Source: an uncultured Planctomycetales bacterium (GTDB lineage: Bacteria; Planctomycetota; UBA1135; JACQFD01). From it: 64,000 nucleotides of DNA. Positions 19,169 through 27,778 of this stretch are shown here, in pieces. The position numbers were made by a program, and so were the translations under genes. The notes beneath the pieces were generated by a model. The model made no database searches. It was not told where the DNA came from and saw only the letters and a list, made by a program, of their open reading frames with translations. The first letter of the stretch is position 1. Every line of letters starts with the position of its first letter. The stretch lies in NCBI GenBank assembly GCA_964545855.1, contig CAZJHD010000001.1:84065-148064 (forward strand). Reading direction: 5' to 3'.

Positions 19169-21763
19169 ATGATCCCTTCGACGCAACACCTTCCTTCCCC
19201 TCGTCGCGACGCAGGATCTTTGCGATGCCCTCGGCTGCTCCTCACGGCCGGAGCCGTGGCGTTCGCCGCGGCTCCGGCCGCCTTCCCCCAGGGCGGCAAC
19301 ACCGCGGCGCGCGAGCTGCCCGCCTTCGCCCGACAGCCCGTCCGCTTCGTCGAGCGGCCGCTCGCCGCGCCCGGCGCGCCGCGCTTCGAGGTGGCGGCGC
19401 CAGGAGGCGCTGCGGCGCTGCGGTCTGGCGCGATCGCTCTCGCGATCCCGGGCGATCGCGAGGGATCCTTCGAGCGCGTCGTCCTCTCCTTCGAGGGCGC
19501 CGATCCCGCAGCGCGCCTCGAGGGCGAGGAGCCCGACGGAGCGCGGCATCACGATCTCCGGGGCGGACGCCAAGAAGAGTGGACGCCTCGGCGGCCGAGC
19601 TTCCGGGTCGTCGGGTGCGCGGGGCTCTACCCCGGAGTCGATCTGGTCCTGCGCGAGGAGCTGGGCCAGCTCGAATACGACCTCCTCCTCGCTCCGGGCG
19701 CCGAGCCGAGCGCGATCGTCGTCCGGGTCGACGGCGCCGACTCCATCGCCCGCGATCGGGATGGCTCGTTGTCGATCCGAGTCGGCGGCCGGACGATTCG
19801 GCAGTCTCCGCCGAAGACCTTCGCCCTCGCCGCGGGCGGCGCGCGACACGAGATCCCGTCGGCGGTCCGGATCGTCGACTCCACGCGGTTCGGGTTCGAG
19901 CTGGGCTTGCGCGATCCGGAGAGCGCCCTCGTCATCGACCCCGGAATCGTCTTCGCCACCTACGTCGGGGGTGCCTCCCTCGACGACATCTACGACGTGG
20001 CCGTCGGGAGCGACGGCGCCGCCTACCTGACGGGGCGAATGGGGAGCGGCTTCACGACGACTCCGGGCGCCTTCCAGCCGACCTACCATGGCGGGCCGCT
20101 CTTCCAGAGCGATGCCTTCGCTCTGAAGCTCCAGCCGAACGGCGCAAGCGCCACCTACGCCACCTATCTCGGAGGGAGCGGCGACGACATCGGCTACGGC
20201 ATCGGCCTCTCCCCGCAGGCCGAGGCCATCGTCTACGCGGTGACCGGCTCTTTCGACCTGCCGCTCACACCGAACCCCTACAGCGTCCAGCCCGACGGAG
20301 GCTACGTGGCGAAGCTCTCGCCCGACGGCTCGGCCCTCGTCTTCGCGACGACCTTCGTCGGCCACACGTGGTCGACCGCATCCATGGAAGTGGACGCGCA
20401 GGGCTTTCCGTACGTCGCGGGACTCGTCGCGCCTCCCCTCAACTTCGCGACCCCCGGCGCCTTCCAGACGGTGCCCACTGGAGGCAACGCCGACGGCTTC
20501 GTCGCCAAGATGAACCTCGACGGCTCGGCCCTCGTCTACGCCACGTACTTGAGCGCCTACCCGGGAGCCTGGATCTACGACATCGCCCTCGACGCGCAGA
20601 AGGCGGTCTACGCCGTGGGGGAGACCTCCTCGACGACGTTCCCGGTGACGCCCGGCGCATTCCAGACGGTGAACGCGCCGACGAGCATTCTCGGGGGAAG
20701 CGTCGGCTTCGTGGCGAAGCTCTCCCCCCAGGGAGACTCGCTCCACTACTGCACCTACCTCGGCGGCACGATGCAGATCGATCGCGCGAATACGGTCTCG
20801 GTCGATGCGCAGGGGTCTGCGGTCGTGGGCGGCTTCACCAGCTCCGCAGACTTCCCCGTCACGGGCGGAACTCTCGACCCCGTCTGGTCCCAGCCTCAGC
20901 GCACCTTTGTCGCGCGGTTGAGTCCTGCGGGGGACGCGCTGATCTACTCGACCTTCATCCCACCGCCAACCAACCTCTCACAGTACGTCGGAGTGGGGTC
21001 GCTCCATGCCGAACTGGAGGGCGCAATCCTTACAGGAGTCTCGACCGTGGGATTGCCCTACACGCCCGATGCATTCGACACGACCGTCGTGGGCTATCAA
21101 GGCGATGCATTCGTCGCGCGCCTGAGCCCCCTCGGCACGAGTCTCACGTTCGCGAGCTATCTCGGAGGGTCGGGCGCGGACTTCGCGCGTTCCGTTGCCG
21201 TCGACAGCACGGGCGCGGTCTACGCCGCTGGATTCACCGACTCCAAGAACTTCCCCGTGAACGGCCACGCCTACGACAAGGTCCTCGAAGGGACCTCGTG
21301 GGACGGCTTCCTCGCGAAGATCACGGTCCCGAAGCTCCCCTTCGGCATCGCCTCCTACGGCACCGGTACGCCCGGCTGCCTCGGGCCGCAGCGCCTCTGG
21401 GTCGAGACGCCGCTCCACCTCGGGCAGAAGGCCTTCGTCTTCGGCTGCGACGCGGCGCCGATCGGCGGCTCGGGCGGAGTGCTGCTGAGCGACCTGCAGG
21501 ACCTCGCCGGCTCCGATCCCTTCTTCCTCGGCATCGCGCTCCACGTCGACCTCTTCTCGCCGAACGTCGCGAGCGTGCCGCTCTTCGCGCCGCCGCACTA
21601 CGCGGGCATGGCGGCGAACACGGTCGTGATCCCGAGCGACTCCGCCCTCCTCGGGAAGACCTTCTACGCGCAGGCCCTCTGGCTCTGGCCGCAGGGCGCC
21701 TGCACTCCGTCGCTCTACGGCCTCAGCACCTCGAACGGCCTCGCGATGACGGTGATCCCGTGA
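19169..21763 (+). CDS. Secreted SBBP beta-propeller repeat protein (paralogue) with the C-terminal two-Cys module
   Basis: ATG at codon 155 of ORF 18707..21763, 17 nt after the previous stop. The signal-like N-terminus is MIPSTQHLPSPRRDAGSLRCPRLLLTAGAVAFAAAPAAFPQ. It has a DUF7948-like region and many SBBP units (ATYVGGASLDDIYDVAV, ATYLGGSGDDIGYGIGL, CTYLGGTMQIDRANTVSV, ASYLGGSGADFARSVAV). Its C-terminal 141 aa are homologous to the FG-GAP C-termini. Confidence 0.85.
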   Translation: MIPSTQHLPSPRRDAGSLRCPRLLLTAGAVAFAAAPAAFPQGGNTAARELPAFARQPVRFVERPLAAPGAPRFEVAAPGGAAALRSGAIALAIPGDREGSFERVVLSFEGADPAARLEGEEPDGARHHDLRGGRQEEWTPRRPSFRVVGCAGLYPGVDLVLREELGQLEYDLLLAPGAEPSAIVVRVDGADSIARDRDGSLSIRVGGRTIRQSPPKTFALAAGGARHEIPSAVRIVDSTRFGFELGLRDPESALVIDPGIVFATYVGGASLDDIYDVAVGSDGAAYLTGRMGSGFTTTPGAFQPTYHGGPLFQSDAFALKLQPNGASATYATYLGGSGDDIGYGIGLSPQAEAIVYAVTGSFDLPLTPNPYSVQPDGGYVAKLSPDGSALVFATTFVGHTWSTASMEVDAQGFPYVAGLVAPPLNFATPGAFQTVPTGGNADGFVAKMNLDGSALVYATYLSAYPGAWIYDIALDAQKAVYAVGETSSTTFPVTPGAFQTVNAPTSILGGSVGFVAKLSPQGDSLHYCTYLGGTMQIDRANTVSVDAQGSAVVGGFTSSADFPVTGGTLDPVWSQPQRTFVARLSPAGDALIYSTFIPPPTNLSQYVGVGSLHAELEGAILTGVSTVGLPYTPDAFDTTVVGYQGDAFVARLSPLGTSLTFASYLGGSGADFARSVAVDSTGAVYAAGFTDSKNFPVNGHAYDKVLEGTSWDGFLAKITVPKLPFGIASYGTGTPGCLGPQRLWVETPLHLGQKAFVFGCDAAPIGGSGGVLLSDLQDLAGSDPFFLGIALHVDLFSPNVASVPLFAPPHYAGMAANTVVIPSDSALLGKTFYAQALWLWPQGACTPSLYGLSTSNGLAMTVIP

Positions 21764-21764
21764 C

Positions 21765-24700
21765 GTGAGCGGCTCACGGCGGCGTTCGGCGGCCGGGCAC
21801 CGTCGGAGTCCCTCGGGAGTGGCCGAAGCCGCCGTCCGATGCGACGCTGTCGCCTTGCGCGCCCCGCGACTGCTCCTCGTCCTCGCCGGTACCGCCTGCG
21901 TCGTCTCGAGCGTCCTCTCCTGCTCGGGGGCCGCGGGCGCGGGAGGCGAGGATCTCGCGCGGGAGTTCGACCCGGCCTCCGTCGCGCGCGGCGAGTTGCT
22001 CCTGGAGGAGCTGCAGTGCATCGCGTGCCACGCGGCGCCGCCGTCGACCGCGCCGCGCCTGCGTGCCCGCTCCGCGCCGGACCTCGCGGAGGTCGGAGCG
22101 CGAACCACGCCCGCCGGATTGCGGCGCTGGCTCGCGGCGCCCCACGCGGCGAAGCCGGGCACGCCGATGCCCGATCTCCTGGCGTCCCTCGACGGGGTCG
22201 AGCGCGAGGAGGCGCTCGACGCGCTCGTGCACCACCTCGCGTCGCGGGGCGGCCCGCTCGCACCGGAGCCGCTCGCCCTCGACGGCGGCGCCTTCGAGCG
22301 AGGTCGGCGGCTCTACCACGCGGTCGGCTGCGTCGCCTGCCACGCGCCGCTGGAGCCGGCGCTCGCGCTCGCCGACGCGAGCCGTCGCGCGGACTTCGAC
22401 GGGGAGGACGCGCCGGGGACGAACGGCACGCTGCTCGCCGAGGGGGCGCCCGCGACGCCGTCGCCCTCGGTGCCCCTCGGCGACCTCGCGGGGAGCACGA
22501 CGCCGCGCGCCCTCGCGGCGTTCCTCCGCGATCCGCTGCGCGCACGGCCGTCGGGCCGCATGCCGTCGCTCGGGCTCACGGAGGGCGAGGCGAGCGACCT
22601 CGCCCACTACCTGATCGCGAAGCCGGTCCTCGACGCGGGCCGCGTGGGTGCTGCGCCGGGGCTCCTCTACGACTACTTCGAGGACGCCTTCGACGAGGAC
22701 GCGCCCGACTTCGCGAAGCGCGCGGCCGCGAGGACCGGCATCGCGCCCGACTTCGGCGAACTGCCGGAGCACCGCGAGGACGGCTTCGGATTCCGATTCC
22801 ACGGCTGGCTCGACGTGCCGGCGGAGGGTCTCTGGCGCTTCGAGACGGAGTCCGACGACGGCTCGCGGCTCCTCGTCGACGGCCAGCTCGTCGTGCGCAA
22901 CGACGGGCACCATCCGATGCAGCGCGCGCGGGGCGAGGTGCGTCTCGACGCGGGGCCGCACGCGATCGAGGTGACCTTCTTCGAGGGCGCCGGCCAGCAG
23001 GGTCTGCGCGTGCGCTGGGAGGGGCCAAGCGTCGCGATGGAGCCGATCCCCGCGCGCCGTCTCTCGCACCGCACCATCGAGGCGCCGCGCGCGGAGCCCT
23101 TCGCGGTCGACGCTTCGAAGGCCGCGCGCGGCGGCGTGCTGCTGGCGTCGCTCGGCTGCGTCGCCTGCCATCCCCGGGGCGCGGAGCCCGCCGGCGATCC
23201 GAACCGCGGGCCGGCGCTGGCGGACCTCGATCCGCGGGAGGGCTGCCTCGACGCCACCGGGAGCACGAGCGCTCCGCGCTTCGCGCTCACGGACGCGGAC
23301 CGGGCCGCACTCCGCGGAGCGATCCGCGCACACGCCTCCGGCGACGCGTTCGCGGCGCACGTCGAGCCGCACGTCGCGCCACAGCTCGCGCCGCGCGACG
23401 CGCTCGCGCGCGAACTCGATCGCTTCCGGTGCGGCGCGTGCCACGAGCGCGACGGCGCCGGCGGCCCCGCGCCCGACCGCCGCGGGTACTTCCAGGCGGA
23501 TGCGAAGGCGGAGCTCGGCGACGAAGGGCGTTTCCCGCCGCGGCTCGACGGCATCGGCGCGAAGCTCCGCCGCGCGTGGCTCGAGGAGGTCCTCGTCGAA
23601 GGAGCCGTCGTGCGCCCGACGATGCGCACGCGCATGCCGCGCTTCGGCCGCGCGAACGTGGGGCACTTGCCGGCGCTCCTCGCCGACGCCGACGGCGCGC
23701 CGCCGGAGGAGCGCGAGGCGCACTTCGATCTCGAGGCGATCGAGGCGGGCCGCCGGCTCGTCGGCACGAAGGGCGGGCTCGGCTGCATCCAGTGCCACGG
23801 ATTCGCGGGCGTCGAGTCCCTCGGGATGAACACCGTGGACCTCGCCGGCGTGACGGAGCGTCTCTCGCGCGCCTGGTTCACGAAGCTCCTCGCGGATCCC
23901 GCGTCCGTGAACCTGCTCACGCGCATGCCGGTCTACTGGGTGAACGGCAGGAGCCCGGTGAAGGACCTCTACGACGGCGATCCGTCGCGGCAGATCGACG
24001 CGATGTGGACGTACCTCGCCCTCGGGCGCTCGGCGCCGCTGCCGAAGGGGCTCCAGGTCTCCGGCGCCGAGTACGAGCTGGAGCCGATCGAAGAGCCGAT
24101 CCTCTGCGGCGTCTTCATGGAGGGAGTGAGCCCGCGCACGCTCCTCGTGGGATATCCCGAGCGCACGCACGTCGCCTTCGACGTGGAGAGCTCGCGGCTC
24201 GCGAAGGTCTGGCGCGGGCGCTTCTTCGACGCGCGGGGGACGTGGCACGGACGCGCGGGGAAGCTGGAGCGGCCGCCGGGCGACGACGTGCTCGACCTCG
24301 CGCCGGGCGCGCCCCTGGCGATCCTCGGACGCGCGGAGGCGGAGTGGCCGGCCGGCTCGGGACGCGACGCGGGGCTCCGGCCCCGAGGGAGGACCTGGGA
24401 CGAGCTGCGGCGCCCCGTCTTCCAGTACCGGCTCGGCGAGACGCTGATCACGGAGCTGGCCGTGCCGATGCTCCGGCCCGACGGGAGCTGGATCGCGAGG
24501 ACCTTCGTCCTCCGTGCGCAGGAGCGCGTCGCCGGTCTCTGGCACCGCGCCGCCGTCGGCCGCGACATCGTGCGCGTCGAGGAGTCGACCGGTCGCGCGG
24601 CCTTCCGCGTCGACGGCCGCGCGACGTTCCGCGTGCTCGGGCCCTCCGCCGCGGAGGCGCGGGTGGTCGCGACGGCCGCGGGCGCCGAGCTCCGCGTTCC

Positions 24701-24782
24701 GGTCGCCTTCGAGCGGAGTCCCTACGGCGGGCCCGACCACGACCTCTGGGTCGCGTCCCTGCAGCTGGAGTTCACCTGGTGA
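21765..24782 (+). CDS. Multihaem c-type cytochrome (5 CxxCH) with embedded PA14 domain
   Basis: CIACH, CVACH, CVACH, CGACH and CIQCH were read in the translation. The PA14-like block is GLLYDYFED...FGFRFHGWLDVPAEGLWRFETESDDGSRLLVDGQLVV...VTFFEGAGQQGLRVRWEGP. The track start is GTG 21765, 1 nt after the SBBP stop. An alternative TTG 21855 gives the lipobox signal (M)RAPRLLLVLAGTACVVSSVLSC. Confidence 0.85.
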   Translation: MSGSRRRSAAGHRRSPSGVAEAAVRCDAVALRAPRLLLVLAGTACVVSSVLSCSGAAGAGGEDLAREFDPASVARGELLLEELQCIACHAAPPSTAPRLRARSAPDLAEVGARTTPAGLRRWLAAPHAAKPGTPMPDLLASLDGVEREEALDALVHHLASRGGPLAPEPLALDGGAFERGRRLYHAVGCVACHAPLEPALALADASRRADFDGEDAPGTNGTLLAEGAPATPSPSVPLGDLAGSTTPRALAAFLRDPLRARPSGRMPSLGLTEGEASDLAHYLIAKPVLDAGRVGAAPGLLYDYFEDAFDEDAPDFAKRAAARTGIAPDFGELPEHREDGFGFRFHGWLDVPAEGLWRFETESDDGSRLLVDGQLVVRNDGHHPMQRARGEVRLDAGPHAIEVTFFEGAGQQGLRVRWEGPSVAMEPIPARRLSHRTIEAPRAEPFAVDASKAARGGVLLASLGCVACHPRGAEPAGDPNRGPALADLDPREGCLDATGSTSAPRFALTDADRAALRGAIRAHASGDAFAAHVEPHVAPQLAPRDALARELDRFRCGACHERDGAGGPAPDRRGYFQADAKAELGDEGRFPPRLDGIGAKLRRAWLEEVLVEGAVVRPTMRTRMPRFGRANVGHLPALLADADGAPPEEREAHFDLEAIEAGRRLVGTKGGLGCIQCHGFAGVESLGMNTVDLAGVTERLSRAWFTKLLADPASVNLLTRMPVYWVNGRSPVKDLYDGDPSRQIDAMWTYLALGRSAPLPKGLQVSGAEYELEPIEEPILCGVFMEGVSPRTLLVGYPERTHVAFDVESSRLAKVWRGRFFDARGTWHGRAGKLERPPGDDVLDLAPGAPLAILGRAEAEWPAGSGRDAGLRPRGRTWDELRRPVFQYRLGETLITELAVPMLRPDGSWIARTFVLRAQERVAGLWHRAAVGRDIVRVEESTGRAAFRVDGRATFRVLGPSAAEARVVATAAGAELRVPVAFERSPYGGPDHDLWVASLQLEFTW

Positions 24783-26227
24783 TCGCCCTCGCGCTCTCGG
24801 TCCTCGCCGCCACGATGCAGGGCGCATCGGCGTCGGAGGCCGACTTCTACCGCATCGTCACGGTCGGCGTGCCGAAGGAGATCGTCCTCGAGGTGAGCGG
24901 TCTCGCGTTCCTGCCGGACGGGAAGCTCCTGGCGGCGACGCGCCGCGGCGACGTGTGGACGCTCGACCGGCCGCTCGCGCCGGAGGGGAAGGGGATCGCC
25001 TTCGGGAAGTTCACGGACGGGCTCCAGGAGCCGCTCGGCCTCCTCCTGCATGACGGGTGGATCTGGTGCGCGCAGCGCGGCGAGCTCTCGCGCATGCGCG
25101 ACGTCGACGGCGACGGTCGCGTCGACGAGCTCGAGACCGTCTGCGACGACTGGCGCATCAGCGGGAACTACCACGAGTACACGTTCGGTCCGGTCCTCGG
25201 CGGCGACGGCGCGCTCTGGATGACGACGAACAAGCCCTTCGGCGACGAGCCCTTCGGCCGCGTCGATTGGCGCGGCTGGGCGATCTCCGTCGACGCCGGC
25301 GGGCGCATGACGCCGCGCGCCTGCGGGCTGCGCTCGCCGTCGGGGATCGGCACGAGCCCCGAAGGCGTCGTCTTCTACTCCGACAACCAGGGCGAGTGGT
25401 GCGGCACGAGCAAGCTCGCGGCGCTCGAGGACGGCGACTTCCACGGCCACCCGCACGGTCTCTTCTCGGCGCGGCGCCCCGAGTGGCGCTTCGGGCATCC
25501 GGGCGATCCGCCCGACGGGAAGCCGATCCCCGAGGTGGCCCGCGCGATGCCGTCTCTGAGGCTGCCGGCGGTGTGGTTCCCCTACGACGAGATGGGGCGC
25601 TCCGCGTCGGGCTTCGTCTGGGACACGACGGGCGGGACGTTCGGCCCCTTCGCGGGGCAGGTCTTCATCGGCGACCAGTACTCCTCCGAGGTGATGCGCG
25701 TCTCGCTGGAGAAGGTGCGCGGCCGCTGGCAGGGCGCGTGCCATCCCTTCGTGCGCGGGCTCGCCTGCGGCATCGTGCGGCTCGCCTTCGCGCCCGACGG
25801 GTCCCTCTTCGCCGGGCTCACGAACCGCGGCTGGCCCTCCGTGGGGCCGAAGGGCGAGGGGCTCCAGCGGATCCTGTGGACGGGGAAGACGCCCTTCGAG
25901 GTGCACACGATGAGCGCGCGCGCCGACGGCTTCGAGCTGCGGTTCACGGAGCCCGTCGACGCGGCGTCGGCGGCGGACGCCGCGAGCTACGCCATGGAGA
26001 GCTGGACCTACCGGCTCCACAGCGACTACGGCAGCCCGAAGATCGACGAAGCGAAGCCCGCGATCGTCGCGGCGGAGGTCTCCGGCGACGGTGCGACGGT
26101 GCACCTGCGCGTCGACGGTCTGCGCGAGGGCTACGTCCACGCGCTGCGGCTGCCGGGCGTCCGTTCGCGCGCCGGCGCGCCGCTGCTGCATCCGGTCGCC
26201 TACTACACGCTGAACGCGATTCCCTGA
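24779..26227 (+). CDS. Secreted beta-propeller protein related to glucose/sorbosone-dehydrogenase-like 'putative membrane-bound dehydrogenase' domains of PVC bacteria
   Basis: These are the last 482 codons of ORF 21839..26227. GTG 24779 overlaps the cytochrome stop (GTGA). The signal is (M)IALALSVLAATMQGASA. Motifs: GLAFLPDGKLLAATRRGDVW, LGLLLHDGWIW, RDVDGDGRVDE, YHEYTFGPV, GLRSPSGIG.SPEG..FYSDNQGEW. Confidence 0.75.
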   Translation: MIALALSVLAATMQGASASEADFYRIVTVGVPKEIVLEVSGLAFLPDGKLLAATRRGDVWTLDRPLAPEGKGIAFGKFTDGLQEPLGLLLHDGWIWCAQRGELSRMRDVDGDGRVDELETVCDDWRISGNYHEYTFGPVLGGDGALWMTTNKPFGDEPFGRVDWRGWAISVDAGGRMTPRACGLRSPSGIGTSPEGVVFYSDNQGEWCGTSKLAALEDGDFHGHPHGLFSARRPEWRFGHPGDPPDGKPIPEVARAMPSLRLPAVWFPYDEMGRSASGFVWDTTGGTFGPFAGQVFIGDQYSSEVMRVSLEKVRGRWQGACHPFVRGLACGIVRLAFAPDGSLFAGLTNRGWPSVGPKGEGLQRILWTGKTPFEVHTMSARADGFELRFTEPVDAASAADAASYAMESWTYRLHSDYGSPKIDEAKPAIVAAEVSGDGATVHLRVDGLREGYVHALRLPGVRSRAGAPLLHPVAYYTLNAIP

Positions 26228-26251
26228 GATCTCTCCTTGGGAGTCGTCGGT

Positions 26252-26354
26252 CCCGGGAATGGGGTCAGACCCATCTCTCCCGCCCCCTTCTCGCGGCGCG
26301 CGCCGCGCGCCGCGGGGATGGGGCGGGAGAGATGGGTCTGACCCCATTCCCGGG
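26252..26354. repeat. Palindromic intergenic element B (103 bp; 35-bp perfect arms plus a largely self-complementary GC core) between convergent genes
   Basis: cccgggaatggggtcagacccatctctcccgcccc (26252-26286) is the exact reverse complement of 26320-26354. It shares GGAATGGGGTCAGACCC with element A. Confidence 0.85.
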
Positions 26355-26371
26355 TCGCAAGCCCGAGGCCC

Positions 26372-27778
26372 TCAGCGCCGCGCGGTCGCCGCGCGCGGAG
26401 TGTCGAGCGGGGCGCCGAGGACTCTCTCCAGGGCGAACCGCGATCGCGCGGACTCCCGAAGGGTTTCGATCCCGGCGCTCCGCGCCTCGAGGAGAGTGCG
26501 GCGCGACTGCAGCATCGAGAGCAGGATCGTGTCGCCGAGCTCGAACGACCGCTCGGCCAGGGCGGCGCCGCGCTCCGCGTTCGGAATCAGCTCCTCGTCG
26601 GCGAAGCGCGCCGCGCGCGCGGCGATCGACGCCCGATCGGCGGCGGCGCGCACCTCCTGGCCGGCGTCCGCTTCCAGGGCCTCGAGCTCCTTCCGCGCTT
26701 CCGCGAGGAGGAACGCAGCGCGGCTCACCTGCGCCTGGTTCTGATCGAAGAGCGGAATCGCGACGGTGGCACCCGGGCCGAGGAGGAGCGCCGCCGTGCT
26801 CCCGCCCTCGGGCCGCTCGACGGAGAGACCCGCGTCCGTGCGCGGAAAGAGGCGCGCGCGCTCGCGGTCGACCTGCGCCTCCGCGGCGGCGACGCTGCGC
26901 GCCGCGGCGCGGAGATCGGGACGGTCTCGCAGGCACCTCGCGACGAGCGCCTCGGAATCGAGCTCGACCGGAGCCGGCGCGACGAGCGGGTCGGTCAGCG
27001 CGACGTCGATGGGATCTCCGCGGAGGGAGAGCAGCGCGCCGAGGGCGCGCCGCGCGTCGGACTCCTCGCGCTCCGCCCGGAGTTCGGCTCGCTCCGCCTC
27101 GAGGACGACGCTCGTCGCGAGGCTCTCGTCCGTCGTCGTCGCGACGCCCGCCTCCACCCGACGGCGCACGCCTTCCAGCGACCGCCGCGCGAGGTCGGCG
27201 CTCGCGCGCGCGATGGAGCGCGCCTCGCGCGCGGCGACGCTCTCGACGTAGGCGTCCTTCGTCCGGAACACGAGCTCACCCGCGAAGCGCGAGAGCTCGA
27301 GGATCCGCTGCTCCAGTCCCGCGCGCGCGACCTGCTCGCGCGACGAGAGGCTCCAGAGGTCGGAGACGCTCGCCACCAGATCCGCCGTCCATCGAACGCG
27401 GCCGCCCGTGTCCGGGAAGAGGAAAGCGAGGCTGAGGCTCGGATTCGCGAGGAGCCCCGACTGGACGAGCTCCGACCGCGCGACGCCGAGACCCATGAAG
27501 CCCGCCTGGAGCCGGCGGTTGTTGAGGAGCGCGAGGCGCGCCGCCTCCTCGAGACCGAGGCCGTCGGCGAGCATCGTGCGGATCTCCTCGTCCGAGAGGA
27601 CGGGTCTTTCCGGGTCGTGGACGGCAGTCGCGCCGGTCGTCGCGCGGATCTCCTCCGTGGCCCGCTGGTAGTCGGGCCGAGGATCGACCGACGCGCATCC
27701 GCCGAGCGCCAGAAGGAGGACGCAGCTCGGAGAGCGCCACCGAGAGACTTCGCTACGCATGGGCCACCTCCATTCCAT
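26372..27778 (-). CDS. czcC: Outer-membrane efflux protein, TolC/CzcC family lipoprotein
   Basis: 468 aa. The lipobox is SCVLLLALGGC. It has TolC-type repeated coiled-coil halves (LLNNRRLQA..., R...LE..R..V..G...). It is the last gene of the CzcB-CzcA-CzcC operon. ATG 27760 is an alternative start, and either start overlaps the czcA 3' end. Confidence 0.85.
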   Translation of the reverse strand: MEWRWPMRSEVSRWRSPSCVLLLALGGCASVDPRPDYQRATEEIRATTGATAVHDPERPVLSDEEIRTMLADGLGLEEAARLALLNNRRLQAGFMGLGVARSELVQSGLLANPSLSLAFLFPDTGGRVRWTADLVASVSDLWSLSSREQVARAGLEQRILELSRFAGELVFRTKDAYVESVAAREARSIARASADLARRSLEGVRRRVEAGVATTTDESLATSVVLEAERAELRAEREESDARRALGALLSLRGDPIDVALTDPLVAPAPVELDSEALVARCLRDRPDLRAAARSVAAAEAQVDRERARLFPRTDAGLSVERPEGGSTAALLLGPGATVAIPLFDQNQAQVSRAAFLLAEARKELEALEADAGQEVRAAADRASIAARAARFADEELIPNAERGAALAERSFELGDTILLSMLQSRRTLLEARSAGIETLRESARSRFALERVLGAPLDTPRAATARR

